Origin: Candidatus Hadarchaeum sp. | GTDB lineage: Archaea > Hadarchaeota > Hadarchaeia > Hadarchaeales > Hadarchaeaceae | Length of the DNA: 39,213 nt | NCBI RefSeq assembly: GCF_049969415.1 | Contig: NZ_JBMFOX010000011.1 | Span: 1-39,213 of the forward strand | Direction: 5' to 3' | In this document: positions 36,982 through 39,213 of the stretch, piece by piece | Position numbering within the stretch: the first letter of the stretch is position 1 | Layout of the letters: each line of letters opens with the position of its first letter | The notes under the pieces: generated by a model | What the model was told of the DNA's origin: nothing | The model's input: only the letters and a program-made list of their open reading frames with translations | Database searches by the model: none | Program-made: the position numbers and the translations under genes

Positions 36982-37500
36982 TTGACGATAAAGGGACAGG
37001 TCTGGAAGTTCGGCGACTCCGTCAGCACAGACGCCATCATCTCCGGCAAATACAAGTTCAAGACGATAGATCTGGATGAGCTGGCACAGCACGCGATGGA
37101 GACGCTGGCGCCGGATTTTGCCCGGCAGGTGAAGAGGGGTGACATCATCGTGGCCGGGGAAAATTTTGGCTGCGGCTCCAGTCGGGAACAGGCCCCGCTG
37201 GTGCTGAGGCAGCTGGGGGTCGGTGCGATCGTGGCCAAATCTTTTGCGCGGATATTCTATCGGAACAGCTTCAACGTCGGTCTCCCCGTCCTCGAATGCC
37301 ACGAGCTTCCCGACCGGACCAGGCAGGGGGACCTGCTGGAGATAGATCTGAGGAGGGGGTCGCTGGTGAACCTCACTACCGGCGAGATCTTCCGGGCCAA
37401 GCCGGTGCCGGAATTTCTTCTCCAGATGCTTGAGGACGGCGGCTTGGTGGAGCAATACAAGAAGTACGGTGTGTTCAAGTGGAGCATGTCGTCACGCTGA
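36982..37500 (+). CDS. Aconitase-superfamily small (swivel) subunit (LeuD/HacB/AksE type)
   Basis: [37 protein letters not shown]. Confidence 0.92.
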   Translation: MTIKGQVWKFGDSVSTDAIISGKYKFKTIDLDELAQHAMETLAPDFARQVKRGDIIVAGENFGCGSSREQAPLVLRQLGVGAIVAKSFARIFYRNSFNVGLPVLECHELPDRTRQGDLLEIDLRRGSLVNLTTGEIFRAKPVPEFLLQMLEDGGLVEQYKKYGVFKWSMSSR

Positions 37501-38564
37501 TCTACGGCGATGGGGTTGGTCCGGAGGTCATCACTGCCGCGAGGCGGTGCATCGAGGCCACCGGTGTGAGGATAAAATGGGAGGTCGTCGAGGCCGGGGC
37601 CGACGTGATCCCCAAGTACGGCACACCCCTTCCGGAGAAAGTTCTGGAGTCGATAAGGAGAAACGGTGTGGCCCTGAAGGGACCGATAACCACCCCCGTC
37701 GGCACCGGCTTCAGGAGCGTCAACGTGGCGCTGCGGAAGGAGCTCGACCTCTACGCCTGCCTGAGGCCCTGCAAGCTGTATCCCGGCGTGAGGTCCAGGT
37801 ACAGCAGCGTTGACGTTGTTGTGGTCAGGGAGAACACGGAGGATCTCTACGCGGGAATAGAGTACGAGTCGGGGAAGCCGGAGACCGAGGAGTTCATCAA
37901 CTTCGTGAAGGAGAGGAAGAAGGTGGCGATCAGGCCCGGTTCCGGCATCAGCCTGAAGCCGATATCTCCCCAGGCCTCGGAGCGGATCGTCAGGTTTGCC
38001 TTCAACTACGCGCGGCAGAACGGCAGGAAGAAGGTCACGGCGGTGCACAAGGCGAACATCATGAAGTTCTCCGATGGTGTCTTTCTGGAGGCGGCGAGAA
38101 GGGTGGCTGAGGAGTTTCCGGACATCGCGTTTGAGGACAGGATCGTCGATAACATGTGCATGCAGCTGGTGCAGAAGCCGGAGCTCTATGACGTGATCGT
38201 TGCACCCAACCTCTACGGCGATATCGTCTCGGACCTATGTGCCGGGCTTGTGGGGGGCCTCGGCGTGGCCCCGGGCGCGAACATCGGGGACCGCGCGGCG
38301 GTGTTTGAGCCGACCCACGGCAGCGCCCCGAAGTATGCCGGGAAGAACAAGGTGAACCCGACGGCGGCGGTGCTCTCCGGAGTGATGATGCTGCGGCATC
38401 TGGGGGAGCTGGAGGCGGCGCGGAGGCTGGAGGCGGCGGTGGCCCGGGTCATAAAGGAAGGTGAGCGGGTGACCTACGATCTGAAGCCGGAGCCGGACGA
38501 TCCCACTGCGGTGGGGACCATGGAGATGGCCGATGCCATCATAGACGCGATGAAAATCTCATAG
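37479..38564 (+). CDS. icd: Isocitrate dehydrogenase, probably NADP-dependent
   Basis: [28 protein letters not shown] (isocitrate-type Ser/Asn), [34 protein letters not shown] and VTYDL (NADP-type Lys/Tyr/Tyr). Confidence 0.82.
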   Translation: MEHVVTLIYGDGVGPEVITAARRCIEATGVRIKWEVVEAGADVIPKYGTPLPEKVLESIRRNGVALKGPITTPVGTGFRSVNVALRKELDLYACLRPCKLYPGVRSRYSSVDVVVVRENTEDLYAGIEYESGKPETEEFINFVKERKKVAIRPGSGISLKPISPQASERIVRFAFNYARQNGRKKVTAVHKANIMKFSDGVFLEAARRVAEEFPDIAFEDRIVDNMCMQLVQKPELYDVIVAPNLYGDIVSDLCAGLVGGLGVAPGANIGDRAAVFEPTHGSAPKYAGKNKVNPTAAVLSGVMMLRHLGELEAARRLEAAVARVIKEGERVTYDLKPEPDDPTAVGTMEMADAIIDAMKIS

Positions 38565-38814
38565 AAAATAGTATTTCGTAAATTTTTGATGAATTGGCAA
38601 AGGTTAAAATTTAACTTTTTTATCATTTTCCCACTTTCCCCCTCAAAAATTACCCATCTGGAAAAGAATAACACCTTTTCCAGCCAATCTGAGCACTTAT
38701 AGAACGGCGAACAACAGGAAATCCTTTAGATAGCTTCTTTTTAGCCAATACTGCCTCGAACCTTCCCCCGTTTGTCCCCGCCGAAAACCCTGAAAAGTGA
38801 ATTAGGGTCATGAA

Positions 38815-39213
38815 TTAGTCGCTCTTTAGGACTACAATATTGCTTTTTCTTTTGGAAATTTCTATCTGTATTTCACTTACGTATGTGGGGAGATCGTCAT
38901 TTCTTACTACAACATTCAGCTCATCTATAGCGCGTAATATCCTCAAAAATTTTTCCTGCAATTTCAAATTGAGTGTTGGCATCGGAATAGTTTCCAGCTA
39001 TAGCGTACTCGCAACCCATTATGAGATGCGAAAGAGCGTTTTCTATAGTACTCGTTATCGAGTATTCTTCAGAGGCTACTGTGGCGAATTCTGCCGTTTT
39101 ACAGTTTTCAAATTCTCAAAACTGCTTTTGGCTTCTCTGATATATGGTAGTGAGTCTTGAAAAGCGATTTTTGCGGCATGCCAATCTTGCCGATTTATTT
39201 AATTGACTCCATC
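38815..39213 (-). pseudogene. 3' remnant of a decayed helical protein gene running off the window edge
   Basis: Hand translation joins DGVN*INRQDWHAAKIAFQDSLPYIREAKSSFENLK / KTAEFATVASEEYSITSTIENALSHLIMGCEYAIAGNYSDANTQFEIAGKIFE / ILRAIDELNVVVRNDDLPTYVSEIQIEISKRKSNIVVLKSD* with one nonsense codon and two frameshifts. Confidence 0.45.

Noticed and set aside
35274-38452. Long antisense ORFs (292, 263, 189, 185 and 161 aa)
   Set aside because: Shadow frames opposite well-conserved GC-rich genes, with no recognisable motifs.
34374-38564. Ordinary leuACDB, or homocitrate (lysine/coenzyme B) operon
   Set aside because: The dehydrogenase has isocitrate and NADP signatures, the synthase lacks the LeuA regulatory domain and the small-subunit loop is neither YLVY nor YLRT. 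Disfavoured, not excluded without assays.
38598-38620. Palindrome GTTAAA-A-TTTAAC after icd
   Set aside because: Almost all A/T in a very AT-rich tract between convergent genes; likely chance or part of a terminator.
38840-39160. 106-aa plus-strand ORF from the track
   Set aside because: TTG start, Ser/Phe-rich non-protein-like composition; the opposite strand reads as the coding one.

Overview
Gene-dense archaeal chromosomal window (TATA/BRE promoters, GGTG ribosome-binding sites, archaeal eL41/eS32, HemK2, NadM and RtcA; the finer lineage cannot be fixed from sequence alone). No rRNA, tRNA, CRISPR array or mobile element was seen. From left to right: (1) a ~16.5 kb amino-acid/2-oxo-acid catabolic cluster with scrambled Liv-type ABC genes, two PLP aminotransferases, a D-2-hydroxyacid dehydrogenase, an MFS carrier, IorAB, an ADP-forming acyl-CoA synthetase alpha subunit, an M-S-L xanthine-oxidase-family molybdo-enzyme that lacks the CO dehydrogenase motif, and a ubiquitin-like protein with a masked di-glycine; (2) tldD-pmbA, hemK2, deoC and a 36-aa ribosomal protein gene missed by the ORF track; (3) an ECF-S/DUF4430 (likely corrinoid) uptake pair with a perfect 17-bp operator abutting its TATA box; (4) argB-argD-argF-carbamate kinase plus a wHTH gene; (5) two back-to-back modules, each a membrane-anchored wHTH regulator divergent from exported-protein genes, both with GTTTC/GAAAC inverted repeats; (6) ogt and rtcA; (7) a GC-rich operon that looks like leuACDB but whose residues point to Re-citrate synthase, a two-subunit aconitase and NADP-isocitrate dehydrogenase (best candidate for an undescribed pathway); (8) a decayed gene at the right edge. 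All functional calls come from motif recognition by eye; no searches were run.
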